Of a DNA stretch of 64,000 nt, positions 46,550 to 57,389 are shown piece by piece. The notes beneath the pieces were generated by a model. The model worked only from the letters and a program-made list of their open reading frames with translations. It was not told the DNA's origin and did no database searches. Made by a program: the position numbers and the translations under genes. Source of the stretch: Dehalococcoidia bacterium (GTDB lineage: Bacteria > Chloroflexota > Dehalococcoidia > Lucifugimonadales > UBA3495); contig OY763929.1 in NCBI GenBank assembly GCA_963667675.1, positions 2,030,358 to 2,094,357 of the forward strand, read 5' to 3'. Numbering within the stretch: the first letter of the stretch is position 1; the number at the start of each line of letters is the position of its first letter.

Positions 46550-47665
46550 GTGGCAAGCGTATTGCTAGGGGTTACCGACCGGTTCTACACCTACAGCTTC
46601 ACCGCCGGCGGTCCCGCCCAGTTCTTGCGCATCCCGATAGACATCGTTCTGGCGCCTGACGACGTAATCTACGCGGTCAACCGGGGCTACGAACATCCCA
46701 TCGGCAACGCCAACAACGTTCATATCAAGGTCCTCAAGCTGGACGACGACGGGGAAGAGATGATCACCCGGTTCGGCGCTTACGGAGCGGAGCCCGGGCA
46801 GTTCCGCTGGCCCACGTCGATTGCCCTGGACAGCGACACCAACGTCTACGTGTGCGACGAGTTCCTGCACCGCATCACCATCTGGGACAAAGAGGGCGAG
46901 TACCTGGGCCATTGGGGCACGCTGGGGTCCGGCGACGGCGAGATCAACGGGCCTGCAGGCCTGGCCATCCGGGACGACGTCATGTTCCTGGTGGACAGCC
47001 AGAACCACCGGGTGCAGAAGTTCACCCTGGACGGCAAGTACATCGGCCAGTTCGGCAGCTTCGGGGACGGGCCGGGCCAACTGAACAACCCGTGGGGCAT
47101 CGGCTTGGACAAGGACGGCAACGTGTTCATTGCCGACTGGCGCAATGACCGCATCCAATCCTTCACCGCCGACGGCGAGTGGATGGCCAGCTTTGGAACT
47201 CCCGGCACCGGCGGGAACACGTCGATAGCCAGGGTAAACGGCGGCATCAGGAAGACTCCCCTCCCCTTGGGGGTGTTCAACCGGCCCTCGGGCGTCTGCG
47301 TGGACAATGACGGGGACATCTACGTTGCCGACTGGCTGAATAACCGGGTGCAGGTCTTGACGGCGGACGGCAGGTTCATCACCGAGATAACCGGGGATGC
47401 CGGCCTATCCAAGATGGGCGCAGAGCAACTGGCGCCGGCTCCCGATATGATTCGGCAGCGCAACCTGGCATTGCAGATGGACTCGGGCCAGGAGAAGACG
47501 CTGTGGGCGCCGATGGCGGTGAAGTTCGACGAGAAGCGGCGGCGGCTGATCATAGTCGACACCGCCCGCAAACGGCTCCAGATATACCAGAAGAGCACAG
47601 AGGCGATATTGACCAACCGAGAGACGCTGACCCCGGAAGGTGCGTACAAGGGGCTGGTGGCTTAG
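46550..47665 (+). CDS. NHL-repeat beta-propeller protein (copy 2)
   Basis: GTG start after AGGAGG. Collinear with copy 1 (371 vs 370 aa). Confidence 0.75.
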   Translation: MASVLLGVTDRFYTYSFTAGGPAQFLRIPIDIVLAPDDVIYAVNRGYEHPIGNANNVHIKVLKLDDDGEEMITRFGAYGAEPGQFRWPTSIALDSDTNVYVCDEFLHRITIWDKEGEYLGHWGTLGSGDGEINGPAGLAIRDDVMFLVDSQNHRVQKFTLDGKYIGQFGSFGDGPGQLNNPWGIGLDKDGNVFIADWRNDRIQSFTADGEWMASFGTPGTGGNTSIARVNGGIRKTPLPLGVFNRPSGVCVDNDGDIYVADWLNNRVQVLTADGRFITEITGDAGLSKMGAEQLAPAPDMIRQRNLALQMDSGQEKTLWAPMAVKFDEKRRRLIIVDTARKRLQIYQKSTEAILTNRETLTPEGAYKGLVA

Positions 47666-47718
47666 CCGGATAGCCAGGCCCATTTGACAGGGGTCGCACA
47701 CCGCAACGGCCTAACCAA

Positions 47719-47751
47719 GTGACCCCGGCGATGAGCCGGGGTCACTTCTTA
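47719..47751. terminator. Hairpin terminator between convergent genes
   Basis: gtgaccccggc-gatga-gccggggtcac (11-bp stem) followed by ttctta. Lies between the NHL gene (+) and the MFS gene (-). Confidence 0.6.
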
Positions 47752-47764
47752 CCGGGAACAGCTA

Positions 47765-49021
47765 TCAACCGCTGCGGGCCTGCCTGGCTGCCGCCACTTC
47801 GGCGAGGACGTCCGCCGGCGGGGGCCTGAGCAGCATCCCGCCCAGGGCCAGGAGCAGGCCCAGGAAGCTGACTATGAACAGGGACTGTTGCAGGTCGCCC
47901 AACCATTCATAAAGGAATCCAGCGACCAGCGAGCCCAGAGCCAGGCCGCCCAAGCCGAAGGTCTGGCTGAAGGTGGCGGCCACCGCGGCCTCCCTGCGCG
48001 TGAGGTTTGGAAGCTGCAGCGGCACCGCCGCCAGCACCGGCCAGTGGCCCCAGGTGACGCCGTTAACCAACGCGAGGCCCAACAGCAACGGCAGGGAACC
48101 GGTAAGGGTTATGCCTGCGTAGGTGCCGGCCATGACAAGGCCAAGGATTCCCAGCAGCAAATTTCGCTTGCCGGTGACGAATACCAGGTAGCCGAATCCC
48201 ACGCCCGCTGCACCGCCGACCGCGGTGATCAACCCCAGGATCACCCCCGACCACTCCCACAAATCGCGGCCGAACTCCTCCTCGAACAATGTTGGAAGGA
48301 AGTTGACGAAGGCGGCTAGACACATGGAAGGGCCCAAGAATCCCAACCCCGTTAGCCAAAGGTCGCGATGCATAAGGCCCTTAAGCAGGTCGCCGGCGTC
48401 CCTGGGTTCGGCCTCCGGTCCTTGGTCCTCGGCGGCGGACCGCTCTCTACCCAGCAGGAACCAGAGGAGGGTCATCGCCAGCAACAGGGCGCCGAAGATG
48501 TGCAGCGTCAGCCTCCAGTCTTCGCCCAAGGCCGTGAAAAAGGACTGCGCGACTACCAGTCCGCCCCCGAAGATCACTCCAAAAAGGGCATTGTCCAAAG
48601 TGGTGGCCAAAACTGCGTCGCGGCCAGGGAACCACTGTCGTATTAGAATTGCCCTGGCCGGCTGGGAAGGAAGCCGGCAAATGCCGAACAACAAGCGGCC
48701 AGCAAGCAGCACGGCAAACACGGGGGCCATTCCCTGGACGAAGAAAAACAGTCCACCCAGGGCGAAGGCGATTGTAGTCGTCGCTTTCACCGGGTACCTG
48801 GCAAACCACCAGCTTGCCGGGATTCCCACTACCAGGCTGGCCCAGAAGGCCGCGGACCCCACCATGCCCTGCTGATAGGGAGCGAGGTTCAGGTCGTCGG
48901 TTATAAAGGGCAGCATCACCCCCAGAGCGGAAGACAACATGGCCCCCGAGGTGACGTTGGTGTAGTAGAGCCCCACTACCACCCAACGATAGTAGAAGTC
49001 CTCTTGCAAGCGCTGGATCAT
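47765..49021 (-). CDS. MFS transporter
   Basis: 418 aa with a ~12-TM hydrophobic pattern. Confidence 0.7.
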   Translation of the reverse strand: MIQRLQEDFYYRWVVVGLYYTNVTSGAMLSSALGVMLPFITDDLNLAPYQQGMVGSAAFWASLVVGIPASWWFARYPVKATTTIAFALGGLFFFVQGMAPVFAVLLAGRLLFGICRLPSQPARAILIRQWFPGRDAVLATTLDNALFGVIFGGGLVVAQSFFTALGEDWRLTLHIFGALLLAMTLLWFLLGRERSAAEDQGPEAEPRDAGDLLKGLMHRDLWLTGLGFLGPSMCLAAFVNFLPTLFEEEFGRDLWEWSGVILGLITAVGGAAGVGFGYLVFVTGKRNLLLGILGLVMAGTYAGITLTGSLPLLLGLALVNGVTWGHWPVLAAVPLQLPNLTRREAAVAATFSQTFGLGGLALGSLVAGFLYEWLGDLQQSLFIVSFLGLLLALGGMLLRPPPADVLAEVAAARQARSG

Positions 49022-49176
49022 GGCGTGCCCGTGCGGAGCATATCACCTCGGCTGGAAACCAAGGAGAATGGTAGCAGGAAACCGGCTGGGTTGGGGTATG
49101 GCGGCCTGGAATGCGGTCATGCAGTAGTTTCCCAGGGTTGGACGCCAGGAACTCGACCCGGAGTCGACGGGAGCGG

Positions 49177-49896
49177 CTAGTCGGCGGCGCCCCTGGCCCG
49201 GCATTCCGCGAGGTATTCCAGCGCGTCGGCCAGGGATATGACGTCGGCGTACTTGTAGTGCATGTCGAACAGGTTCATGGCGTGGGCTGCCTGGTGGCGG
49301 TCGAAGACGCATTCCTCAACGACCATCATCCGGTAGCCCTCGGTGCATCCGTCGACGACGCTGGCCCTGACGCAGCCGCTGGTCGCCTCGCCGCAGGTGA
49401 TGATGGTGTCGACCTTGTGGTATTTGAGATGGCTCACTAACGGCGTGCCCCAGAAAGCGCTGGCCGAGGCCTTGCGCACAACCGGCTCGCCGGGCAGGGG
49501 CGCAACCTCGTCGATGATGTCCCAGCGGCGGGCGCGGCGGGCCATGGCTTCCGGGCTGCGGTCGCTGGACCCGTATATCTCGCGGCGGTCCCTGTGACCC
49601 GCCAGACCGTCCTCCGGGCGGCCGGTGACGTGGACAATGGGAATGCCGGAGTCCCTGGCGGCCGCCAACAGGGTCTGTATGTGGGGCACGGCGTCCCAGG
49701 CGGCCAGGCCGCAACTGGCCGGCCAGTCGTCGATGGCGTCTACGACATGCTGGGGCTTGTCTCCGAACACCCACCTGTACAGGTCGATGAGCAGCAGGGC
49801 CGGCCTCTCACCGAAGCCAATGGGGTGCAGCTCGCTCTTGGCCAGATGCGCCCGGTCCTGGTCAGTTAGATAGGGTTCCCAAACTCGCCCGGCCAT
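49177..49896 (-). CDS. Isochorismatase-family cysteine hydrolase
   Basis: PALLLIDLY..., IITCGEATSGCVRASVVD (catalytic Cys context). Start at the ATG at 49896 after GGGGAGAAAGG. Confidence 0.7.
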   Translation of the reverse strand: MAGRVWEPYLTDQDRAHLAKSELHPIGFGERPALLLIDLYRWVFGDKPQHVVDAIDDWPASCGLAAWDAVPHIQTLLAAARDSGIPIVHVTGRPEDGLAGHRDRREIYGSSDRSPEAMARRARRWDIIDEVAPLPGEPVVRKASASAFWGTPLVSHLKYHKVDTIITCGEATSGCVRASVVDGCTEGYRMMVVEECVFDRHQAAHAMNLFDMHYKYADVISLADALEYLAECRARGAAD

Positions 49897-50068
49897 GCCT
49901 TTCTCCCCGGCAGATAAATGTCGCACTGTGCGCTGATTGCCTACCCAGATAGCTCGGAAATGCCGGTTTGGGCAGGTTGGGCGAATCTACCACCCGCCGC
50001 CGCGGCCAGTCAATAGGCTGCCATGGCCCCCCGATATTGACCCTCCAATACCCGTGTGCTAGATTGCG

Positions 50069-50536
50069 GAAGAGAGCCAAACAGGCCGGGTGACCGCCGC
50101 GAGGGCTCCGATTCGTCGGGGTCGTCGGGGAGGAAAGTCCGGGCTCCTCCGGGCAGGGTGCTGGGTAACGCCCAGGCTTCCACGGCGGGTCTCCGATACG
50201 TCGGAGCCTCTGTGGGGGACGGAAAGTGGCACAGAAACATACCGTCCTTCCGGCAACGGGAGGATAAGGGTGAAATCGGACGGTAAGAGCGTCCGGTCGT
50301 CTACGGTGACGGAGCGACGGCCAAACCCCACCTGGAGCAAGGCCAAATAGGGGGGCTATGGGCGCCCGGCCCGTCCCCGGGTTGGCCGCTCGACCTCGGT
50401 GGCAACACCGTCCCGCCTGTGCGGGAACCCGGCGGCCCTCAGGCCGTTGGGTGGGCTAGATAGATGGTCACCGTCCTTGTTCCAATCTAGGTGCAAGGAT
50501 ACAAAACCCGGCTTACAGGCCTGCGTGGCTCTCTCT
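50069..50536 (+). ncRNA. rnpB: RNase P RNA, bacterial type A
   Basis: Conserved regions match E. coli M1 RNA. These are GGAGGAAAGTCCGGGCTCC (50129..50147), AAGGGTGAAA..GGTAAGAGCG (~50264..50290), AGCAAGGCCAAATAGGGG (~50335..50353) and ACAAAACCCGGCTTACAG (~50501..50518). P1 pairs gagagcca..caggcc with ggcctg..tggctctc. End coordinates are +/- a few nt. Confidence 0.9.
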
Positions 50537-50709
50537 TTTCCTTCGCTTGACCCCGGCAGGTGCATAGCTGCCTCAGCTTCAACGCAGGTTGACGAATTTC
50601 GCCGCTCTGGCTATGATTGACGCCGACCGGACGCCTACCGTGCCTGAGTCATGGTCCCTGACTGGCAAGCCAGCAGACGCCGCCTCCACAAGGAGACTCC
50701 TCCGCGAGC

Positions 50710-51366
50710 ATGTACCTGGACCTGCACAGCCACTCGGCCTCGTCCGACGATTCCCGTTCCACAGTCGAGCAATACCTGAAATGGGTCCAGGTGCTGCGCA
50801 AACGCGGCCACACCGTGGACGGCATCGTGCTCACCGAGCACCGCAAGTTCGACTTCGACAAGGACTACCGCAGCCTGGCCGAGACCTACAGCGTGCTGGT
50901 GCTGAAGGGCTCGGAACTGGACACCCGCTACGGGCATTTCCTGGTCTACGGCGTGACCGAGAAGCTGGCGCAAGAGATCGACTTTGCCGACGTGTATATG
51001 GACGCTCGCGAACTGATAAAGGCCGCAGAACACCACAGCGCGGTGGCCGTTCCCGCCCACCCGGGACGCCCCGGCATCGGCCTGGCCGACTACGTTGACC
51101 AGGGCGAGGTCTTCGACGACGTGGGCATTGTGGAAGTCCTGAACGGCGGCAGCCGTAGGGGAGAGAACGAGCGCGCGCAGCGGCTTCGCGAGGAGTACGG
51201 CTATCGAGGCATCGGCGGCAGCGATGCGCACTTGACCAGCCACATCGGCGCCTGCATGACCCGTTTCGAGGACAGCATTTCAAGCGAGCGAGAGCTGGTC
51301 GAGGCCATCTTGCACGGCCGGTACGAGCCGGTGTGGTTGGAAGCTGCCGCAAACGTAGCCGGGTAG
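50710..51366 (+). CDS. PHP-domain metal-dependent phosphoesterase
   Basis: MYLDLHSHS... and GGSDAHL motifs. Confidence 0.75.
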   Translation: MYLDLHSHSASSDDSRSTVEQYLKWVQVLRKRGHTVDGIVLTEHRKFDFDKDYRSLAETYSVLVLKGSELDTRYGHFLVYGVTEKLAQEIDFADVYMDARELIKAAEHHSAVAVPAHPGRPGIGLADYVDQGEVFDDVGIVEVLNGGSRRGENERAQRLREEYGYRGIGGSDAHLTSHIGACMTRFEDSISSERELVEAILHGRYEPVWLEAAANVAG

Positions 51367-51425
51367 CCTCGCAGACACACGCAGAGGAACACCAACTCCA
51401 TAGGGTTTGGACAACAGCGGTTGGA

Positions 51426-51875
51426 ATGGCGACTGAACTGGAATACGACCGGTCTATTCACGAAAAAGAATTCCCGGCGGGGCCATTCGAGGTTACCAAG
51501 GAACAGATCCGGGCTTTCGCTGAGAGTCTTGGAGAAACCAACCCGGTGTTCCTGGACGAGTCGGCGGCTCAAGAAGCAGGGTACAGCAGCATAGCGGCGC
51601 CTCCGACCTTTTGCACGCTGCTGATAGATGGATTGAAGCTGCCGGACATCGGCTTGAGGTTCGGTCGGCTGCAGGCCCAGGCCGGGTCGCGGGTACGTGT
51701 TTTCGCCCCCGTCGTGGCCGGCGACCGGCTGACCTCGTGCTCCCGCTTGAAGGACGTGTACGCCAAGACAGGACGCAGCGGGCCGATGGTGTTCTGCCTG
51801 TGGCAGCACACGTTCCGAAACCAGGACGGGCAGGTCGTCGCCGAGGTCACCCAGTCTTTCGCTCGCCGGGAATGA
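51426..51875 (+). CDS. MaoC-like (hotdog-fold) dehydratase, N-terminal-type subunit
   Basis: EQIRAFAESLGETNPVF..DE.AA..AGY...APPTF is the pattern of FAS1-like/HadA-type subunits. Start at the ATG at 51426. Confidence 0.65.
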   Translation: MATELEYDRSIHEKEFPAGPFEVTKEQIRAFAESLGETNPVFLDESAAQEAGYSSIAAPPTFCTLLIDGLKLPDIGLRFGRLQAQAGSRVRVFAPVVAGDRLTSCSRLKDVYAKTGRSGPMVFCLWQHTFRNQDGQVVAEVTQSFARRE

Positions 51876-51974
51876 TTTGGCGCTTCTCCCGGATGGCGGT
51901 TCTGCGCTCCCGGTCGGCGGGGACTTGTACGATTTTGGCAACGCCGAAGGATAGACTGCGCCGGTTTGACTGAC

Positions 51975-52415
51975 ATGACTTTGCCAAGCTTTGACGACAT
52001 TGAATTGGGGGACGAGATCGGCCCGGTGCAGACCGAGGCCACGGACGAGGCGGTCCTGGCTTTCTGCCGGGCGTGGGGCGACATGCGATTCACGCCCAAC
52101 CGCTTTACCGACCCGGAGATTGCGCGAGAGAACGGGCAGGCGGCGCCCATAGTGCCCGGCATCATGGCCCTGGCAATGATGGCCCGAATGCTGACCGAAT
52201 GGGGCGGAGCCGCGTCGGTCAGGGACCTGGACGCCGTCTTCCGGCAGCCGGTGCCTCATCACGCGCCCATTACTATAGCGGGAACTATCATCGACACCCG
52301 CCGGGAAGACGGCGAGAACCTAGTGGAGTGCGACGTTCTCATGACGGGCGCGCAGGGTGAACGCTATGTCACCGCCAAGGCGGTCTTGGCATTGCCCGAC
52401 CGGGTCGGCGTCTGA
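51975..52415 (+). CDS. MaoC-like (hotdog-fold) dehydratase subunit
   Basis: Hotdog-fold pattern adjacent to the partner subunit. Start at the ATG at 51975 (the ORF track starts at the TTG at 51966). Confidence 0.65.
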   Translation: MTLPSFDDIELGDEIGPVQTEATDEAVLAFCRAWGDMRFTPNRFTDPEIARENGQAAPIVPGIMALAMMARMLTEWGGAASVRDLDAVFRQPVPHHAPITIAGTIIDTRREDGENLVECDVLMTGAQGERYVTAKAVLALPDRVGV

Positions 52416-52481
52416 CGGGACTGGGCCGATGCGCCGGATAGGCCGGCCCCGGCCACCACAGCAACCACTGGGAATCGCGGG

Positions 52482-53552
52482 ATGACCCGGAGCCAAGAAG
52501 CAGAGCCGATGCAGAGTCATAGACACACCGATGGCGAACACCATGGGCTCGGCGACGCCGGATCGGCGGAGGGCGGGCCGCCGGAGCACGGGCACAGCCA
52601 CGGGGCCATAGACCGGGCGGTCCTGGGCAGCAGCCGGGGCATCTGGGCCACCAAGGTCTCCCTGGTGGGTCTTCTGGCCACCGCCAGTATGCAGGTAGTG
52701 GTCGTCGTTTTCACCGGGAGCGTGGCCCTGCTGGCTGATACGATACACAATTTCGGCGACGCTTCCACGGCACTGCCCCTGTGGGCGGCGTTTACCCTGG
52801 CCCGGCGCATGCCCACCCGCCGGTTCACCTATGGCCTGGGGCGGGTCGAAGACCTGGCAGGGCTGGTTGTAGTCGTCCTCATACTGGTCTCCGGGGTCTT
52901 GGCGGGGTACACGTCCATTACCCGGCTGTTCGACCCGCCGGAAATCGACTTCCTTTGGGCGGTGGCCGCCGCGGCGATTGTGGGGTTCCTGGGCAACGAA
53001 GCGGTGGCCCTGTTCAGGATAAAGATTGGCAGGGAAATCGGGAGCGCGGCCCTGGTGGCCGACGGTCTGCACGCCCGGGTGGACGGCCTGACCAGCCTGG
53101 CGGTGCTGGCGGGGGCCATTGGGGTCTGGCTGGGCGCCCCGCTGGCCGACCCCATCGCCGGCCTGGTGATTACCGCGGCCATCTTCCGCATCGTGTGGCA
53201 AGCAGGCAGGTCGGTCTTCTCCCGCCTGCTGGACGGCGTGGAGCCGGAGGCGGTCGACGAGGTCCGCGAGGTCGTGGCATCCACTGAAGGAGTGGAAGAA
53301 GTCACCGAGGTGCGGATGCGGTGGCTCGGCCACACCATGCTTGCCGAGGTCAATCTGGCCGTACGGCCGGACTTGTCGGTGGCCCAGGGCCACGAGATAG
53401 CCGTGGAAGCGCGTCACCAACTCATGCACCACCTGCAGTACCTGGCCAACGCCACCGTGCACGTGTGCCCCGTAGGGTCGTCCGGTGAGGAGTACCACCG
53501 ACTGGCCGAAGACCACCACCAAGACGGCGACGCCGGTCGTCACGGGGGTTAG
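52482..53552 (+). CDS. Cation diffusion facilitator (CDF) metal efflux transporter with His-rich termini
   Basis: ALLADTIHNFGD and LVADGLHARVD TM motifs. His-rich N-terminus (HRHTDGEHHG..HGHSHG) and C-terminus. Confidence 0.8.
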   Translation: MTRSQEAEPMQSHRHTDGEHHGLGDAGSAEGGPPEHGHSHGAIDRAVLGSSRGIWATKVSLVGLLATASMQVVVVVFTGSVALLADTIHNFGDASTALPLWAAFTLARRMPTRRFTYGLGRVEDLAGLVVVVLILVSGVLAGYTSITRLFDPPEIDFLWAVAAAAIVGFLGNEAVALFRIKIGREIGSAALVADGLHARVDGLTSLAVLAGAIGVWLGAPLADPIAGLVITAAIFRIVWQAGRSVFSRLLDGVEPEAVDEVREVVASTEGVEEVTEVRMRWLGHTMLAEVNLAVRPDLSVAQGHEIAVEARHQLMHHLQYLANATVHVCPVGSSGEEYHRLAEDHHQDGDAGRHGG

Positions 53553-53645
53553 GCTTCAACTCGATACTGCGTAGGCCTGGGCTGGTGGCGTCACCACTAC
53601 GTTGGGGCTATACTGAGCCACGAATCGACCCCGGGAGGCCTGACT

Positions 53646-53936
53646 ATGGCCCTCGACCGCAGAGAAGTTGAGCGCATCGCCGCTCTGGTCCGAATCTCGT
53701 TGACCGAAGAAGAGATGGAGACCCTGGGCGAGGAGCTTTCCGACATACTGGAACAGTTCCAGGCGCTAAGCGAGTTGGATACTTCCGGCGTGGCGCCCAC
53801 CGCCCACCCGGTCCAACTGCAGTCGGTGATGCGGGACGACGATGCCGCCGGTTCCCTGGAGCCGGGGGAAGTGTTGCGCAACGCCCCTCGGCGCGACGGA
53901 GACCTGTTCCGGGTCAAGCCGGTGCTGGAAGAGTAG
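53646..53936 (+). CDS. gatC: Asp/Glu-tRNA amidotransferase subunit C
   Basis: 96 aa. VERIAALVRISLTEEE...F..L...D is the GatC pattern. Lies directly upstream of gatA. Confidence 0.85.
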   Translation: MALDRREVERIAALVRISLTEEEMETLGEELSDILEQFQALSELDTSGVAPTAHPVQLQSVMRDDDAAGSLEPGEVLRNAPRRDGDLFRVKPVLEE

Positions 53937-53941
53937 GCCCC

Positions 53942-55399
53942 GTGGCGACCCTGGAGTACATGACGGTCCACGAGGCCCGCGACAGGCTGGAGAATGGGGA
54001 CATCAGCTCGGTGGAGCTCACTAAAGCCTGCCTGGAGCGCATTAACGCCGTCGAAGACCGGCTGAAGGCCTTTGTGACGGTTACCGCAGACAAGGCCCTA
54101 CAGCAGGCCCAGGAAGCCGACAGGCGCATCGCCGCGGGCGATAGGCGGCCGCTGACCGGGATTCCCATGCAAATCAAGGACGTTATGTGCACCAATGGCG
54201 TCCGGACGACCTGTTCATCCCGGATGCTGGAAGACTACGTTCCGGTGTACGATGCCACGGCGGCGGCCAAGCTGTTGGAGCAGGGGGCGGTGCTTTTGGG
54301 CAAGGGCAACATGGACGAGTTCGCCATGGGGTCTTCGACGGAGAACTCGGCTTTCTTTGCCACCCGCAACCCCTGGGACCAGAAGCGGGTGCCGGGCGGC
54401 AGCAGCGGCGGCCCGGCAGCGGCCGTCGCCGCCGGAGAGGCCTTGTTTTCCCTGGGCTCGGACACCGGCGGCAGCATCCGCCAGCCTGCGGCATTCTGCG
54501 GCATTGTGGGACTCAAACCGACCTACGGCCTGGTCAGCCGGTACGGCCTGGTGGCCTTCGCCTCGTCGCTGGACCAGATTGGCCCCCTAACCAGGGACGT
54601 GACCGATTGCGCCATGGTCTTGAACGCCATCGCCGGCCACGATCCCAAGGACTCGACCTCCCTCTATGTGCCGCGCCCCGACTATACCGAAGGGCTGACC
54701 GGCGACATCGGAGGAATGCGCCTGGGAGTGCCCCAGGAATATTTCGTAGACGGCATGGCTGACGGCTCCCGCGAGGCGGTGGAGGCGGCGATTAGAGTCC
54801 TGGAGGGCCTGGGAGCGTCGGTAAGCCAGGTCTCCCTGCCCACCACGAGATATGCCCTGTCCTGCTATTACATCATCGCCCCGTCGGAGTGCTCAGCCAA
54901 TCTGGCCCGGTATGACGGGGTCAAGTACGGCTTCGCGTCCCGGGACGCGGACAACATGTGGGGAGATATGGAGAAGACACGGCAGCACGGGTTCGGTCCC
55001 GAGGTCACCCGCCGGGTCATGCTGGGGGCCTATGCTCTGTCAGCCGGGTACTACGACGCCTACTATTTGAAGGCGCAGCAGGCGCGGACCCTGATCCAAC
55101 AGGACTTTGCTAAAGTCTTTCAGGAAGTCGACGCCCTGGTAGCCCCGGTGTCTCCCACCGCTGCCTTTCCCCTGGGAGAGAAGACTGCAGACCCGGTGCA
55201 GATGTACCTGAGCGACGTATGCACCCTGCCTCCCAGCATAGCCGGCCTGCCCTGCATCTCGGTGCCCTGCGGGTTCGACCAGGGACTTCCGGTGGGCCTA
55301 CAGCTTATCGGCCCCCACCTGTCGGAGCAGACCCTGCTGCGGGTTGCCTACGCCTACGAGCAGGACACCGACTGGCATCTGGCGCGGCCGCCGATTTAA
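53942..55399 (+). CDS. gatA: Asp/Glu-tRNA amidotransferase subunit A
   Basis: GTG start. Amidase signature GGSSGGPAAAVAAGE. 485 aa. Confidence 0.9.
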   Translation: MATLEYMTVHEARDRLENGDISSVELTKACLERINAVEDRLKAFVTVTADKALQQAQEADRRIAAGDRRPLTGIPMQIKDVMCTNGVRTTCSSRMLEDYVPVYDATAAAKLLEQGAVLLGKGNMDEFAMGSSTENSAFFATRNPWDQKRVPGGSSGGPAAAVAAGEALFSLGSDTGGSIRQPAAFCGIVGLKPTYGLVSRYGLVAFASSLDQIGPLTRDVTDCAMVLNAIAGHDPKDSTSLYVPRPDYTEGLTGDIGGMRLGVPQEYFVDGMADGSREAVEAAIRVLEGLGASVSQVSLPTTRYALSCYYIIAPSECSANLARYDGVKYGFASRDADNMWGDMEKTRQHGFGPEVTRRVMLGAYALSAGYYDAYYLKAQQARTLIQQDFAKVFQEVDALVAPVSPTAAFPLGEKTADPVQMYLSDVCTLPPSIAGLPCISVPCGFDQGLPVGLQLIGPHLSEQTLLRVAYAYEQDTDWHLARPPI

Positions 55400-55427
55400 A
55401 CCGAGGCCGAACCGTAAACGTGTCCGC

Positions 55428-55736
55428 TTACGGTGTAGTCTTCTCCAATACCCGCACTTCCCTGTCCAGGCGCTCGCCCATCCGGTCCTTCTCCACCTCG
55501 AGGTCATACCCCGTCTGCAGGTTCAACCAGAACCTCTCGGAAGTCCCGAAGTGGCGCGCCAGTCTTAGAGCCGTATCCGCCGTCACCGCCCGCTTGCCAT
55601 GGACTATCTGGTTGATGCGGCGAGGATGGACACTCAGGTCTTTGGCCAAGCGGTATTGGCTGATGCCATAGGGCCCCAGGAACTCTTCCAGGAGCACTTC
55701 TCCGGGATGAACGGGGGGCAGCTTGTCTTGCTTCAT
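55428..55736 (-). CDS. higA: HigA-family (XRE HTH) antitoxin, no adjacent toxin gene
   Basis: VHPGEVLLEEFL.P.GISQYRLAKDL.V...RINQIVHGKRA.TADTALRLA..FG.S..FWLNLQ is a classic HigA/VapI pattern. Confidence 0.8.
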   Translation of the reverse strand: MKQDKLPPVHPGEVLLEEFLGPYGISQYRLAKDLSVHPRRINQIVHGKRAVTADTALRLARHFGTSERFWLNLQTGYDLEVEKDRMGERLDREVRVLEKTTP

Positions 55737-55899
55737 CTTGTCACCTAATGGTAGTCCACTATTTTGACATCCTACACATCGTCGTCAAGCTCTGTCGGGC
55801 CGTGGTTTGCGCCGGTTGCCAAAGCAGCCAAGGCTAACCTATCCTTAGGGCAGTCCGTTGGAAACCTATAGTATTCCCGGCTTGTAAGGAGCGGTGTTG

Positions 55900-57285
<1,386 letters not shown>

Positions 57286-57317
57286 CCCGGTTAACATCCG
57301 GGTAAGTTTATGTCAAT

Positions 57318-57347
57318 TTGACCCACCGGCAGCCCGCTGAATATAAT
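57318..57347 (+). promoter_or_regulatory. Sigma70-like promoter upstream of the TPP-decarboxylase operon
   Basis: TTGACC (57318..57323), 18-nt spacer, TATAAT (57342..57347). Confidence 0.5.
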
Positions 57348-57389
57348 GTCCCCGCCCAGTTAGTGTGGCGCCATGAATAAGGAGCCGGC

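Noticed and set aside
51873-51977. The two MaoC-like genes are in the same frame. They are separated only by a TGA (51873..51875) and 30 sense codons, and selC is in the window, so this could be selenocysteine read-through giving a fused double-hotdog protein.
   Set aside because: The linker translation (FGASPGWRFCAPGRRGLVRFWQRRR..) is not protein-like. I could not fold a convincing SECIS-type hairpin directly after the UGA. Absence of stop codons over 30 codons is unremarkable in G+C-rich DNA. Separate HadA/HadB-type subunits are the normal arrangement.
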